A DNA stretch of 64,000 bases. Source: a virus. Taxonomy: Duplodnaviria > Heunggongvirae > Uroviricota > Caudoviricetes. Within the stretch, counting starts at the first letter, position 1; each line of letters begins with the position of its first letter. The DNA is taken from the IMG/VR virus record IMGVR_UViG_3300032167_005013. The stretch is one strand, 5' to 3'. The notes below the pieces were generated by a model. It saw only the letters and a list, made by a program, of their open reading frames with translations, made no database searches and was not told the origin of the DNA. The translations under genes and the position numbers were made by a program. Shown piece after piece: positions 1 to 10,227 of the stretch.

Positions 1-3000
1 TAAGCAGCCATCTTATCCATTTCAATATGGTCATATTTCTCCACAGCAAATTTTAATGCTCTGTTGAAAGGAGTGTCATCAACACGTTGCGCCTCATAAT
101 ATGGAGCAAAGTCAAATTCGTTTTTCCATACATAATATTTGTCTCCACCGACACAAACAAAATCATAATTTCCTTGTTCTACTTCAGGGAGTACATCAAC
201 ACGGAGAAGATTACTTAACTGCCATGTATAGAAATAGTCGCCACATTTAATATATTCATATTCACTATCTTTTTCAGTAGGAATAACATCAACTTCATTG
301 TATTCAATACTGTCAATAACATCATCAGCAATTTCTGTCAATGCATAACCATCTTTAGTGATTTGCGATGAAATTGATTCATATGGGACCTCAGTATAGA
401 AATTATAATTAGGATAACTAATCTTAAATGTCCCTGTTTGTTTAGTAAGACTTTGGATAATCAGTTTTCCATCAGCGTCACGATAGTAATTTTCTGTTGG
501 CAGTGCTGCCTGTGAGAACGGCACAGCCATACCTGTCTCATTGTCGATATTCAAATAACGACAAGAAACAAGCCATTCAGCAAATCTCCTCAAAGAGTTT
601 GTGTGGAAATAATCACCACAGTCAGGGAAACGAGACTCGAAAGCACCGTCAAATGAACCGTTTACGAGAATACCAACCTTTTCATCATCGTCACCAACCA
701 TGAATCCCTTGGCAGTCTTAAAGAGTGCAAGCTCATTAACCGAGTTAAGAAGTTCCCAACATTCCATCTTAGGGTTATCAAGAAGTTCTTTACCACGGAG
801 CATATACCATTCCTGTGAACCGTCCTCAAGATATTTCGATGTATAAAGGTCCGAATCAACGTCAGGGGTTGAAGTGTAACCACCCTCTGACCAAGAACAA
901 GCGTATTCTATCTCACCTGTTTTATCATCCTCTTCACCATGTATTATAGGCTTTTCATTACCAATGTAAAAATATTGAACCTCTTGGTCGTCAATTTCAA
1001 TACCGCCGGTAAAACCGAAGACATCTTCAGTTGATTTATCGTTATTGAAATTATATTTCCCTTGGAATTCCGGCGCAGCACCACCCAATCTTTCGTAGAA
1101 AAGAACAATTGGGAAACCATCGATACATGTACGGACATCATATGGATATTCTTCAGCATATTTTTCAGCCTTTGCCTGTGCTTTGGTCTTGTATCCACCA
1201 TTTTTCAACACACCGTTCCAATAACGTGCAGTACCTGTATTATGTGATGACGATGACTCAGCAAAATCGGCTTTAAGGCACCAACACTTAACAGGTATAG
1301 AACCCTCTTTAAATGCGTATTTACCCTTTGCAACAAGCGCTTCAGGATTAAGATTACTTGCATCACGATTTCCTGGGTTACCATCCAAGAAAATGTTTGA
1401 ACCAACATAAAGTTCCGTTCTATCATCCTTTGCTGTATAAAGACGGAAATTCTTCACCGGATAGTTCATTGAAGAAGTACCCTGTGGAGTAATATAAGCA
1501 CATTTCACAAAGAAATTATAACTTGGGTTCTGAATATTGGTATAAAGGACATCGAAGTGTCTTGTTAACTTTTTATTCTTCTTCTCCTGATGAAGGTCTT
1601 CAATTTTTTCATTTTCAAAAATCTGATAGAACGTCATTACAGGAATTGATGATTTAAGTTTGTCAGCATCGAACTGTTCCTTATTAGATTCAAGAACTAT
1701 ATTGTTTCGCTCATAAAGGGCTCTCTTCTCAGCACTGCTGTTCCTATAATAAATGAAGTTATCAAGAATTTCAGTACTTGAAAGTGCTCTGTTGTAGAGT
1801 TTTATCGAATAAATATTAATACCTGCATCCTTATTTCCTCGGAACATGATTTTTGAATCATTGTAGAAATTTGTACCGGCATCATAAGCGTATGCACCGC
1901 AGTATTCACCATTAACATAAATACTCAATATGCGATTACGATATCCTTCCTCATTAAGGTCAGGGGTAATAACAAATGATATGCGGTTACTTTCCTCAGC
2001 CTTATATTTAGTAGACACCATTTTAGCATATCCCGAATTCTCCCCATCCCCTGTTACAATATCACGAGAAATCGCCAATTCAGCACCTGCAGCATAGATA
2101 CTAATACCAGGGGCAAAATTATCACTACCACAAATACGGCAAATCACAGCATCATCGTTATATACATTGGTTGTCTCGAATTCAAACTCAAATGTTGCTC
2201 CCTGCAACTTCATTGTTGCAAGTTTATCCTCATCAAATGGTTTGTAATTAATTGTAATTGCATTACCATTTGCGAGTTTAAGTTTACCATCTGACCATCC
2301 TGATGTATTTGACCAGTCGAACTCACGATTCCATGCATAATACTCCCCATTAAAAATCAAGAAGTCATAATCTTCATTCTCTTCAAGAGGAAGTTCGTCC
2401 ACCTCAAGACAGTTATCAACTTCAATACCTGTTGGTGGAATTATATTCCCATCATTATCCTTAGAAGATACGACAACATATTCGTTTGTCGAGAAATCGG
2501 TGGTAATTACTTCTTCCTGCCCCAATGCATTAAGATAACGGTACTCCCATTTTGCAAGGACGCTTAAGTCATCTGAGTCATTGCTTCGACCAAAAGCATT
2601 AAGATAAAGAACAACGCCTTCATCTGAAGTTGTAAGATTCATATCACTCTTATCAATTTCGATATTTGCTTCCGCCTCAAAGTATTCCTCATCATAATAA
2701 GCACGAAGATAGAGTTTCGTTGGACCTTCCTCTAAAAGATTGAACTCCTGTTTCTTGATTGCAGAGAAACTGTCAAGAACGAGTGGGAGGTCTTCAGTAG
2801 AAATCTCCATCATATCCATTCCCGGATATTCAATATATGTCTTAACATTACAAGTACTTTTACCATTATAATAAGCAGCATAAGTTATTGCAAGGTTTTC
2901 AAATTGTTTTGCCCCATAATAAGTAGGAACCCCACCCTTAGGGAGAATACCTTTAGAGTAATCGAAATCCAACTTTCTTGTTATATAAGGGGTTTCAATT

Positions 3001-3962
3001 TCGGTAGGAGTGTTTTCAACAATAAATTCCCTATAATAAATTGGGGTGTAGAATGCTTCCTTTGATTCGGTATCAACGCACTTCATGTACATCTGAAGAG
3101 TGTGAAGGCCGATATTCATCCAAGCATCGTGTGTTGTGAACACAAAATTCTTGTTTGCATTATTGATAACAGGATTTTCATTACTTTCCTTATATTCACC
3201 TTGAAGATTCCCATCAAAATAATAATAAACAGTGGTTTCACCGACACCCTTAAGGTCATATCCCACAGGGATTGAAAGGACGCCAGTCGAATCGAACGCA
3301 TAACGTTTCGTAATATCAAACCTATCAGTAAAATATATATCCAAAAGGTTGTATGTGATACGGCGCATACTTGAAATACCCGTATTTTCACCGACAACTG
3401 TTATTGTTACAACATTTTCGCCTGCAGATATTCTTCCATCAAGATTATATGTCACTCCATCCGAAATCTGATTATAAGGGTAAATAATTGTCTGTGATGA
3501 TTCAACTCCACTACCGTTCTTGATACGGTAAGTAACTGTAACACCCTCTTGCTGAGGAGCCCCTGAGTTATCCTGTGTCTCAGCCTTAAAACGAATCACA
3601 TTTCCTGTAGACCCGGCCAGTGCGGACTTATAACCGCCTTCGGGTTCAAGGACCTCAATTTTCATCGTGTAATTAAAAGGAGCGTCAAAACGACCCACAA
3701 CACCATCAAGGGTGAGGTCTCCAAATGGGGCATCTTCAGTAATGGTCTCCTGATAAGCAGCAAAAACTTCAGCATCCCTACAAAGAACGTAGAAACCACC
3801 TGAAGTCGTCTTTACCTCACCAATATAACCTACTTTAGAATTAATGCTTTCTTTAATGAAAGATTGTACTCTTTCTCCTGAAAGAGGGAGATTACCCGTA
3901 GAGGCATCACCACCCCAATCGGTCAACATATTTACTTCGCCTTCCCAAAATTTCTTTGCCAT
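1..3962 (-). CDS. Large virion/tail-associated protein, truncated at left edge (>1300 aa), LamG-like domain plus CotH-kinase-like region
   Basis: Not in the ORF track, presumably because it has no stop inside the window. ATG at 3962 gives MAKKFWEGEVNMLTDWGG. Spot translations are open in the same frame: IYSIKLYNRALSSTEILDNFIY (LamG-like, ~1750-1810), TPQGTSSMNYPVKNFRLY (~1440-1490), WCLKADFAESSSSHNTG (~1235-1285), GKYNFNNDKSTEDVFGF (~1010-1065). Not every codon was checked. Confidence 0.8.
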   Translation of the reverse strand, partial: MAKKFWEGEVNMLTDWGGDASTGNLPLSGERVQSFIKESINSKVGYIGEVKTTSGGFYVLCRDAEVFAAYQETITEDAPFGDLTLDGVVGRFDAPFNYTMKIEVLEPEGGYKSALAGSTGNVIRFKAETQDNSGAPQQEGVTVTYRIKNGSGVESSQTIIYPYNQISDGVTYNLDGRISAGENVVTITVVGENTGISSMRRITYNLLDIYFTDRFDITKRYAFDSTGVLSIPVGYDLKGVGETTVYYYFDGNLQGEYKESNENPVINNANKNFVFTTHDAWMNIGLHTLQMYMKCVDTESKEAFYTPIYYREFIVENTPTEIETPYITRKLDFDYSKGILPKGGVPTYYGAKQFENLAITYAAYYNGKSTCNVKTYIEYPGMDMMEISTEDLPLVLDSFSAIKKQEFNLLEEGPTKLYLRAYYDEEYFEAEANIEIDKSDMNLTTSDEGVVLYLNAFGRSNDSDDLSVLAKWEYRYLNALGQEEVITTDFSTNEYVVVSSKDNDGNIIPPTGIEVDNCLEVDELPLEENEDYDFLIFNGEYYAWNREFDWSNTSGWSDGKLKLANGNAITINYKPFDEDKLATMKLQGATFEFEFETTNVYNDDAVICRICGSDNFAPGISIYAAGAELAISRDIVTGDGENSGYAKMVSTKYKAEESNRISFVITPDLNEEGYRNRILSIYVNGEYCGAYAYDAGTNFYNDSKIMFRGNKDAGINIYSIKLYNRALSSTEILDNFIYYRNSSAEKRALYERNNIVLESNKEQFDADKLKSSIPVMTFYQIFENEKIEDLHQEKKNKKLTRHFDVLYTNIQNPSYNFFVKCAYITPQGTSSMNYPVKNFRLYTAKDDRTELYVGSNIFLDGNPGNRDASNLNPEALVAKGKYAFKEGSIPVKCWCLKADFAESSSSHNTGTARYWNGVLKNGGYKTKAQAKAEKYAEEYPYDVRTCIDGFPIVLFYERLGGAAPEFQGKYNFNNDKSTEDVFGFTGGIEIDDQEVQYFYIGNEKPIIHGEEDDKTGEIEYACSWSEGGYTSTPDVDSDLYTSKYLEDGSQEWYMLRGKELLDNPKMECWELLNSVNELALFKTAKGFMVGDDDEKVGILVNGSFDGAFESRFPDCGDYFHTNSLRRFAEWLVSCRYLNIDNETGMAVPFSQAALPTENYYRDADGKLIIQSLTKQTGTFKISYPNYNFYTEVPYESISSQITKDGYALTEIADDVIDSIEYNEVDVIPTEKDSEYEYIKCGDYFYTWQLSNLLRVDVLPEVEQGNYDFVCVGGDKYYVWKNEFDFAPYYEAQRVDDTPFNRALKFAVEKYDHIEMDKMAA

Positions 3963-3986
3963 ATAATAATTGGTATGTTTTTATCT

Positions 3987-4178
3987 TTAATTTTTCCACG
4001 CCTCATCATTGGCCCAACCTTTGGTATTCACCCAAATGCCGCTACCAAAACAAGAACGTATTGCCTGATAGAGGACTACCCCCATATAATAAATTGCCTG
4101 TACGGTCAGCCCTTTACCAATACTTTCTTTTTTAGGAGTTTTAAGCCCCGTTAATTCTATGCCATTTCTATAAATCAT
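3987..4178 (-). CDS. Small conserved tail-module protein (63 aa)
   Basis: MIYRNG...QAIRSCFGSGIW...W.NDEAWKN resembles small proteins recalled from Bacteroidota phage tail modules; 4-nt ATGA overlap with the upstream gene. Confidence 0.7.
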   Translation of the reverse strand: MIYRNGIELTGLKTPKKESIGKGLTVQAIYYMGVVLYQAIRSCFGSGIWVNTKGWANDEAWKN

Positions 4179-4528
4179 GCTTCCTCCTCTTCCAACTCAG
4201 TGGCATCATAAGTATAATAGTATACCTCAGGATTATAATCAACAGGACCATTGGTAATACCATCAGCACCCGTAACATATCCTGAACCTTCAGAAATGAG
4301 AATATCGTACTCATCCTGAGTACATATAACAGGTTTAAGTCTGAGAATTTCCTCAGCAATATTAACACCCGCATTATCCTTTACAACAAGGTCATTTGGG
4401 TAAAGAACTTTATAGTCTGGAGACCCGGGGGTTCCCACATAAGCAACCCAAGGGGTTTCAAGCAAGTTAACATTTGCCTGAAACTCCTCCATTGTTGCAT
4501 AAATTCCTATGTGATTGTTAAAAGCCAT
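4175..4528 (-). CDS. Hypothetical tail-module protein (117 aa)
   Basis: ATG start, co-oriented and coupled with its neighbours; acidic C-terminus. Confidence 0.7.
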   Translation of the reverse strand: MAFNNHIGIYATMEEFQANVNLLETPWVAYVGTPGSPDYKVLYPNDLVVKDNAGVNIAEEILRLKPVICTQDEYDILISEGSGYVTGADGITNGPVDYNPEVYYYTYDATELEEEEA

Positions 4529-4552
4529 TCTTTTAAACGTTTTTCTCTAATA

Positions 4553-6394
4553 TTAAGCACCTGCTTGGAAAACAGCGTCATCAGCAAAACCTATTTCAAG
4601 ACCATTAACTGCATCTGTTACGTCATAAGTTTTCTTAACACCAATTTCTAGTGCTGTGCCCTTAATTGAATTGTAAATTCTGTTTGCAAATTCCGTATAA
4701 AGAGCCTCCTTATATTCATTACTTTCAAGAACAGCAACCTTTTCCTTAAGAATTGCATTCTCTTCAAGCAATTTTGTGAGAATTACATTAACATTGGACT
4801 GCGAACTATCTGCCCCAACATAAACAATGTCGGCTGCCCTGTTCGAAGCATAAATTGAGCCTGAAGTTGCAACTCGTCTAAGAAGAGTTTGTCCCGAAAC
4901 ATTCTCCGGAGTAATATCAGTCACCTCATTTGCTATGATTGTTTGTGAAACTATCTGTTTTACCGAACCAGGAGTTTCAAGACTCCCATTAAGCACTTCA
5001 ACCTTCGCATCAACAGCATCAATTGCATTTACAAGCCCAACATTAGCAACATCAATTGCAGATTGTATGCCCGATACCTTTATACCGTCAGGTGATACTG
5101 TAAGAAAATTCTCTGAAGTTGCATCCCTCTTGATTGAAAAAACGTTGTCAACAAGTTGAAGACCGTCACCCGCCTTGTAAACATCAATAAGGTCTTTCAC
5201 ATTAAGGTCAATTACCTCCCCCGTATTGAAAGTAAAACGAATATAACTAACACCATCAATATCAATGAGTTCAACCCCATTAAGAATACCATCTTTAATG
5301 AAATCCGCAACATCAATTCTTGAAATTACAAGACCATTCTTACCGATGAGTTGAATTTCATCATTGGCGGCCCCGTCTGTTGATTTCACCCACATCAATG
5401 AAAGCTGAGCATAAAGACCGTTTTCATCATTTGTCAGAACTTTATCTTCCGAACTAATTGGTTGTCTAATTTCGTTTGCGTCAACACTAAGTTTACCTGT
5501 TAATGCATCAATAACAATAGTCTTTTGGTCAACATTTACAGAAAGGTCAGTTCCAACACCATCGGTAGCGACAACACCAATGGTTTTATTTGTTGACATT
5601 ACCTTATTAGTTGTAATACTTGCTTTGGCTGAGTCAATATTTGCAATCGCGATTGAAAGCCTATCACTAATTTCATGCTCAGCGCCCATCGCTCTTGATG
5701 ATTCTGCAGCAATTTCACCACTTAACGCATCTTCACGACTTGTCGCTCTCCCAACTTCAGCATTTATTGCAGTTCTTATTTCGGTATGGTCATTTGTGTT
5801 GCTTGCAATTGTTTCAGAAAGACGTTGGTCAACTCCTTCAGCGTATGTTCTATTAACATTAATCTTAGACTGAAGGTCACTTTCAGCACTTTTTGCACGG
5901 TCGGATTCCTCATGGAGTAATCCCTTGATTTCATCTTCAACCCCCGTTGCTCTTGATATTTCTGTGGCGATTGCTTCATCTATTCTCTTGACTTCCGAAT
6001 CAAATTTCTCCTCAATTCTTATTGCATTTTTCTTAATCTCATCAATATTATTGTTAATTTCAGCAATAGCAAGATTAAGTTTCTCGTCCTCTTTTTTTAA
6101 AGTATCTACATTGCCAAAAAGAGTTTCAATGTCATTAATCGCCTTTGTATAGTCAATCAGATAATAAGGCATATTATTAAGAATATCCTTACCATCACCA
6201 CCACGTCCAATACCAATCAATGGCGTCGACTCTTCCGCTGTTTCACCATAAAAGACAACAACAGGCTCAGCAGGAAGGGAAGTTTGAGAATTTGTATTCT
6301 TACTGAAGAGATTTTCTATGAAAAGCACCGCCTTTTCCCTTGTATAAGGGAAAGAAGCAGGCATATAATAGTTAAATTGTAATCTATTCTTCAT
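4553..6394 (-). CDS. Coiled-coil tail fibre/shaft protein (613 aa)
   Basis: Heptad-rich, with repeated E..RA..(A/V)E..L segments (EISRATGVE, ESDRAKSAE, EVGRATSRE, ESSRAMGAE). Confidence 0.6.
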   Translation of the reverse strand: MKNRLQFNYYMPASFPYTREKAVLFIENLFSKNTNSQTSLPAEPVVVFYGETAEESTPLIGIGRGGDGKDILNNMPYYLIDYTKAINDIETLFGNVDTLKKEDEKLNLAIAEINNNIDEIKKNAIRIEEKFDSEVKRIDEAIATEISRATGVEDEIKGLLHEESDRAKSAESDLQSKINVNRTYAEGVDQRLSETIASNTNDHTEIRTAINAEVGRATSREDALSGEIAAESSRAMGAEHEISDRLSIAIANIDSAKASITTNKVMSTNKTIGVVATDGVGTDLSVNVDQKTIVIDALTGKLSVDANEIRQPISSEDKVLTNDENGLYAQLSLMWVKSTDGAANDEIQLIGKNGLVISRIDVADFIKDGILNGVELIDIDGVSYIRFTFNTGEVIDLNVKDLIDVYKAGDGLQLVDNVFSIKRDATSENFLTVSPDGIKVSGIQSAIDVANVGLVNAIDAVDAKVEVLNGSLETPGSVKQIVSQTIIANEVTDITPENVSGQTLLRRVATSGSIYASNRAADIVYVGADSSQSNVNVILTKLLEENAILKEKVAVLESNEYKEALYTEFANRIYNSIKGTALEIGVKKTYDVTDAVNGLEIGFADDAVFQAGA

Positions 6395-6411
6395 GATATA
6401 TTAATTTCTTC

Positions 6412-8400
6412 TTACTCAGTTATAATGTTTCCCCCGAAACTGTAGTCCCCATCAAAATAAAGTCCTTCCTCATCAAACTTTATCATTCCACCTAATGGAA
6501 GTTTCACCGAAATTTTAGCCCCTTCAACGGCACCATTTTCATCGGTAAAACCCGGTACTATCACAAGTGTATCATCAGCAGGGGTAACCTTATTTTCACT
6601 TATCTGCCTCTGAAGGTCAGCATCTGCCTCATATCTCTGTTTCTCCTCAGAATCAATCCTGTCATCAAGGGCCATGTCCCCATCAATACGAGCCTCAGTT
6701 TCTTTCAATAAGCCTTCTTCATTAGCAACGAGCTTCCCATCAAGAACAGCATCTGCTGCAATTCTCTCACTTTTTTCAAGTTCAATTTTCTCATCAAGAA
6801 CTTTTATTTCAGATTCGTTGTTCTTTATGTTCTCCTCAACATCAGCAATGCAAGTTTCAACAACATCCATTCTATCATCTAAGGCATCAATTCTACCTGA
6901 GACCTCTTTGATTACAGCATCAAGTTTTGCGAGTTCTTCACCGAACTCACCCTTTACCATCTCTGCAGTATCTACAAATTCGCCATCAACGAGACGCCAC
7001 TCATGCATTCTGATATCATCATGTTCAATGACTACAATCGACTCACCTTCATGAAGTTCGTGTTTTACCCATTTTGTGCCATCCCAATCATTTACATAGT
7101 ATCTGATATCGGAATAGTTTTCCAAATGAGGTTCCCATTCTTTTGAAACGACACCCCCGAACTCCTTATTATTGAAACCAATGTTTTCTTTTGTCCAAAT
7201 AAGGGTAGTATCGTATTTTTCACGGTCACCATCCTTAACATCAATATAAATTGTTGGTACCGTATTACCATCAATTACCTCAGTATCATAAAGATTAGTA
7301 CCATTATAATTTTTAACAAGTCTAAGGCTAAGGTAACAATCGCGACCCCATGTATTCTGCTCTACAGCACATTCATCGTTTGAAAAAACCTTAACGAACA
7401 TATCCTTTTTGGTATCTTCTTCTGAAGATGTCCAAAAAGCAGCCCATTTTCCAAAACCACCTATTGTACTTATACCTCTTCTTTCACCGAAACCGAGAGG
7501 ATAAATACCGAAACCAAATCTATCGTCAGAATAAAGTTCCTTAACATAAGCCCCATTTTCATTAGGTATATACTGTCCATCCACATAATCATAACGTTCA
7601 CCTTCAACAAAATCTTCATCCTCACGAATCTTTCTGTAGATAGGTTCCCAAAGTTCATTAGATTTAAGATACTTACCAGCATTTACACCAAGATATTCAT
7701 TGGCGGGATTTCTCTTATCATCATGCGTCTTATCCTGAGGACAATCCTCTACTATATTAAGAAGTTGGTCCCAATCCGCCTTTGTAGGTACTCGCCATTC
7801 ACTCCCTATTTCTTCAAGGCGTTTCTGTATAGCCTCAATGCCATCAAGAGGGTAAAGAAGCCCGAAAGAACTAATTTTTTCCTTCGTTACATAACGGTCC
7901 CCCTTTGTATTTCCCTTAATAGGAATAGTTTTCCCTTCAATTGTATCAAGAATATCAATCACAGGTTGATATGTTCCGGTCTTTGCTATTGAAGAAACCT
8001 GTATTGGACGATATCTCGTACCGTCACCTGTAATTGTAGGATTCCCATAAACATGGAAATTTTTCTCAGAAAGAAAACCTTCAACCTCATTTACAACAAC
8101 AGGTTCACCATCATCGCCTTTCACCATAGTAACTTTCAACACCCCATTAACCTTATCATACTCAAATTGATAGAGATTTGGGTTATATATGTTAACCGGG
8201 AGTTTTTCACCATTGTGGCGTATAATCGTAAGTTCGGTTTTATCTTTTGATACTTCAAAATCAGCAATATCATATCCCCTAAGGAAATTGAAGTTGCCAT
8301 CGATTTCACCTCCGCTCAAACCACAATTTTTCGTAACATCACCATCATAATGGTTTCGTGGGTCAAGCTTATAGTATATAACACCGTTTTGTGTAGCCAT
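6412..8400 (-). CDS. Putative receptor-binding/tail fibre protein with Fib_succ_major-like (C-type lectin fold) domain and coiled coil (662 aa)
   Basis: GLLY...WRVPTKADWDQL...AGKYLKS...FGFGIYPLG...AAFWTSSE...LSLRLVK (~7310-7870) follows the Fib_succ_major pattern; C-terminal E..ERIAAD/EARIDGD coiled-coil repeats. Confidence 0.7.
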   Translation of the reverse strand: MATQNGVIYYKLDPRNHYDGDVTKNCGLSGGEIDGNFNFLRGYDIADFEVSKDKTELTIIRHNGEKLPVNIYNPNLYQFEYDKVNGVLKVTMVKGDDGEPVVVNEVEGFLSEKNFHVYGNPTITGDGTRYRPIQVSSIAKTGTYQPVIDILDTIEGKTIPIKGNTKGDRYVTKEKISSFGLLYPLDGIEAIQKRLEEIGSEWRVPTKADWDQLLNIVEDCPQDKTHDDKRNPANEYLGVNAGKYLKSNELWEPIYRKIREDEDFVEGERYDYVDGQYIPNENGAYVKELYSDDRFGFGIYPLGFGERRGISTIGGFGKWAAFWTSSEEDTKKDMFVKVFSNDECAVEQNTWGRDCYLSLRLVKNYNGTNLYDTEVIDGNTVPTIYIDVKDGDREKYDTTLIWTKENIGFNNKEFGGVVSKEWEPHLENYSDIRYYVNDWDGTKWVKHELHEGESIVVIEHDDIRMHEWRLVDGEFVDTAEMVKGEFGEELAKLDAVIKEVSGRIDALDDRMDVVETCIADVEENIKNNESEIKVLDEKIELEKSERIAADAVLDGKLVANEEGLLKETEARIDGDMALDDRIDSEEKQRYEADADLQRQISENKVTPADDTLVIVPGFTDENGAVEGAKISVKLPLGGMIKFDEEGLYFDGDYSFGGNIITE

Positions 8401-8444
8401 ACTGTATTATTATTAATTGAATATTATTCGTCGCCTTATTTGTT

Positions 8445-8452
8445 TATAAATA
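8445..8452 (-). promoter_or_regulatory. TATTTATA candidate late promoter
   Basis: Sense-oriented, 44 nt upstream of ATG 8400. Confidence 0.6.
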
Positions 8453-8458
8453 GTAAAC

Positions 8459-10186
8459 TCAAGCCAAAACCGAGTTGCGAATATCAGGATAATTGCGGAA
8501 ACAATTATAAAATCTAAAACTTTTTATATCACCAATGAAACTACCACCAAAATCTTTCATTAAAGGGAAATAATCATCGGATACGATAATGTCTTTCAAC
8601 CATATTCCATCAACAAGCCCCTGAGTACCCCCACCAATAGAAATATTATAAGGAACCGCCTCCTGTTTTTCAGGAATTTCATCAAGACCTCTAAATCTAA
8701 ATTCAGGGAGTTCTTTACTTACAAGAACAAGATTACCGTTTACATAAAAATATAGTTTCATTTTTCTGTCACCCACTCCCGTACCACATTCAACACCATC
8801 AGAACCTAATATCGAAACTCTAATATTAATAGTTACCCATTCATCCACCTTAACAAGACCCGTAACACTCCTTTCACTCAGAACGCTGTAACCACTCTCA
8901 GAATCACAATCATTTATTGCGTAACGATAACTTATCGCGCCATCCTCATCAATCTTAACAGCAAAAGCATTTTCTTTCAAGTCCTTAAGAACATCATATT
9001 GGTCCTTATTTCCAACTTCATACTCATTGAAATTATCCGTTGTATAACCTGTTTTTGTTCTGTTGAACAATAAGAATTTATTTTCAGTTTCAGGTTTTGG
9101 GACATCAACGAACTTAACTTTTTCAATTGTACTATCCCATGTATCTGTTGTATAACCTGTTTTCGTCCTATTGAACAACAAAAATTTATTATCAGTTATA
9201 AGTGTATCTTTTTCTTGTTGGGATAATGAATATCCATCTTTTGTCTTCAAACCTTTAAGTGTATCATCATTAATATCAACATCCGTTTCAAAATATTCCC
9301 CATCAAGAGCAAGCCCATTATCAGGACATCCTTTATCGAAATAATCTCCACTGAAGTAATCATCCTCACCACATACATTGGTATTGTATTCCATTTCTTC
9401 ACCAAAATAATCGGAATCAAAAGGGGTATCCTTTATTATATCCACAGATTTGTTTGCACAAAGATATTCCCCACCACACATATTTTCATATGTTGGTCCG
9501 CCTTCAGCAAAATAATCATCCCCCGAATTACTTACAAATTCCTTCTCATCAACACCATAGTAAACCGAAAACTTATTTTCGGCTCTTGTACCCATATAAA
9601 AGAAAATTCCTTTATTATTTGGATATCTGTAGACTAACGTGTCATCCCCCACCTCATAATCCCTTCTCCGTAACGTAATCTCAAAATTCCAATCACTTTC
9701 AATTACATTAGGCAAGATTTGGTAATCAGACCCCTCAATTTTATAAAAACCTTGAAAAAATCCGCCTTTAAGTGAAACAAAATCATCATTGGCCTCATAA
9801 GGATATGAATATCTTAATGTATTCCCTGTTATTGGATACATAGTTATTGCTCCACCTGATGCAGTAAAACTGCTTCCTGTGAAAACATCGAGGAACTCTT
9901 TGTTAGTAATCCTATCTTTTTCAAATTTTATCAGACCGTTGTCAACACCAGTATAACCGATATTATTTAATAGAACGTCAGATGTGGTTGCCTCACCCCA
10001 CATATATGACGATTTCCAAGACCCATCTTTTCCAATGTTCTTAGCATCCAACCCCATAACAATACAAGACGAGAAATCGTAAGCCGAATAACACTCACCT
10101 TTATAAAGCATGAAATCATAATATTCATCGTTTCTCAGTTTAAGCCCAAGGCCCCTGACATTATTCTTTTTTATATTACCAAACAT
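8459..10186 (-). CDS. Virion structural protein with C-terminal LamG-like domain (575 aa)
   Basis: KMKLYFYVNG...NISIGGG...SFIGDIKSFRFYN motif; contains an internal 17-aa duplication. Confidence 0.6.
   Translation of the reverse strand: MFGNIKKNNVRGLGLKLRNDEYYDFMLYKGECYSAYDFSSCIVMGLDAKNIGKDGSWKSSYMWGEATTSDVLLNNIGYTGVDNGLIKFEKDRITNKEFLDVFTGSSFTASGGAITMYPITGNTLRYSYPYEANDDFVSLKGGFFQGFYKIEGSDYQILPNVIESDWNFEITLRRRDYEVGDDTLVYRYPNNKGIFFYMGTRAENKFSVYYGVDEKEFVSNSGDDYFAEGGPTYENMCGGEYLCANKSVDIIKDTPFDSDYFGEEMEYNTNVCGEDDYFSGDYFDKGCPDNGLALDGEYFETDVDINDDTLKGLKTKDGYSLSQQEKDTLITDNKFLLFNRTKTGYTTDTWDSTIEKVKFVDVPKPETENKFLLFNRTKTGYTTDNFNEYEVGNKDQYDVLKDLKENAFAVKIDEDGAISYRYAINDCDSESGYSVLSERSVTGLVKVDEWVTINIRVSILGSDGVECGTGVGDRKMKLYFYVNGNLVLVSKELPEFRFRGLDEIPEKQEAVPYNISIGGGTQGLVDGIWLKDIIVSDDYFPLMKDFGGSFIGDIKSFRFYNCFRNYPDIRNSVLA
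9035..9193. repeat. Intragenic 51-bp direct repeat (9035-9085 and 9143-9193) encoding (D/E)NKFLLFNRTKTGYTTD
   Basis: Copies are 108 nt apart; 7 mismatches, all at third codon positions. Confidence 0.9.
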
Positions 10187-10201
10187 TGAAAAATAGTTTT
10201 C

Positions 10202-10209
10202 TATAAATA
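10202..10209 (-). promoter_or_regulatory. TATTTATA candidate late promoter
   Basis: 15 nt upstream of ATG 10186. Confidence 0.65.
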
Positions 10210-10227
10210 TCCTTTTATTTTAAAGGT

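Noticed and set aside
497-3397. Short ORFs listed in the track in this interval
   Set aside because: They overlap the large minus-strand ORF 1-3962 in other frames and show no protein-like motifs.
9035-9193. DGR template/variable repeat pair
   Set aside because: Both copies are coding and in frame, differences are at third positions and not adenine-specific, and no RT is in the window.
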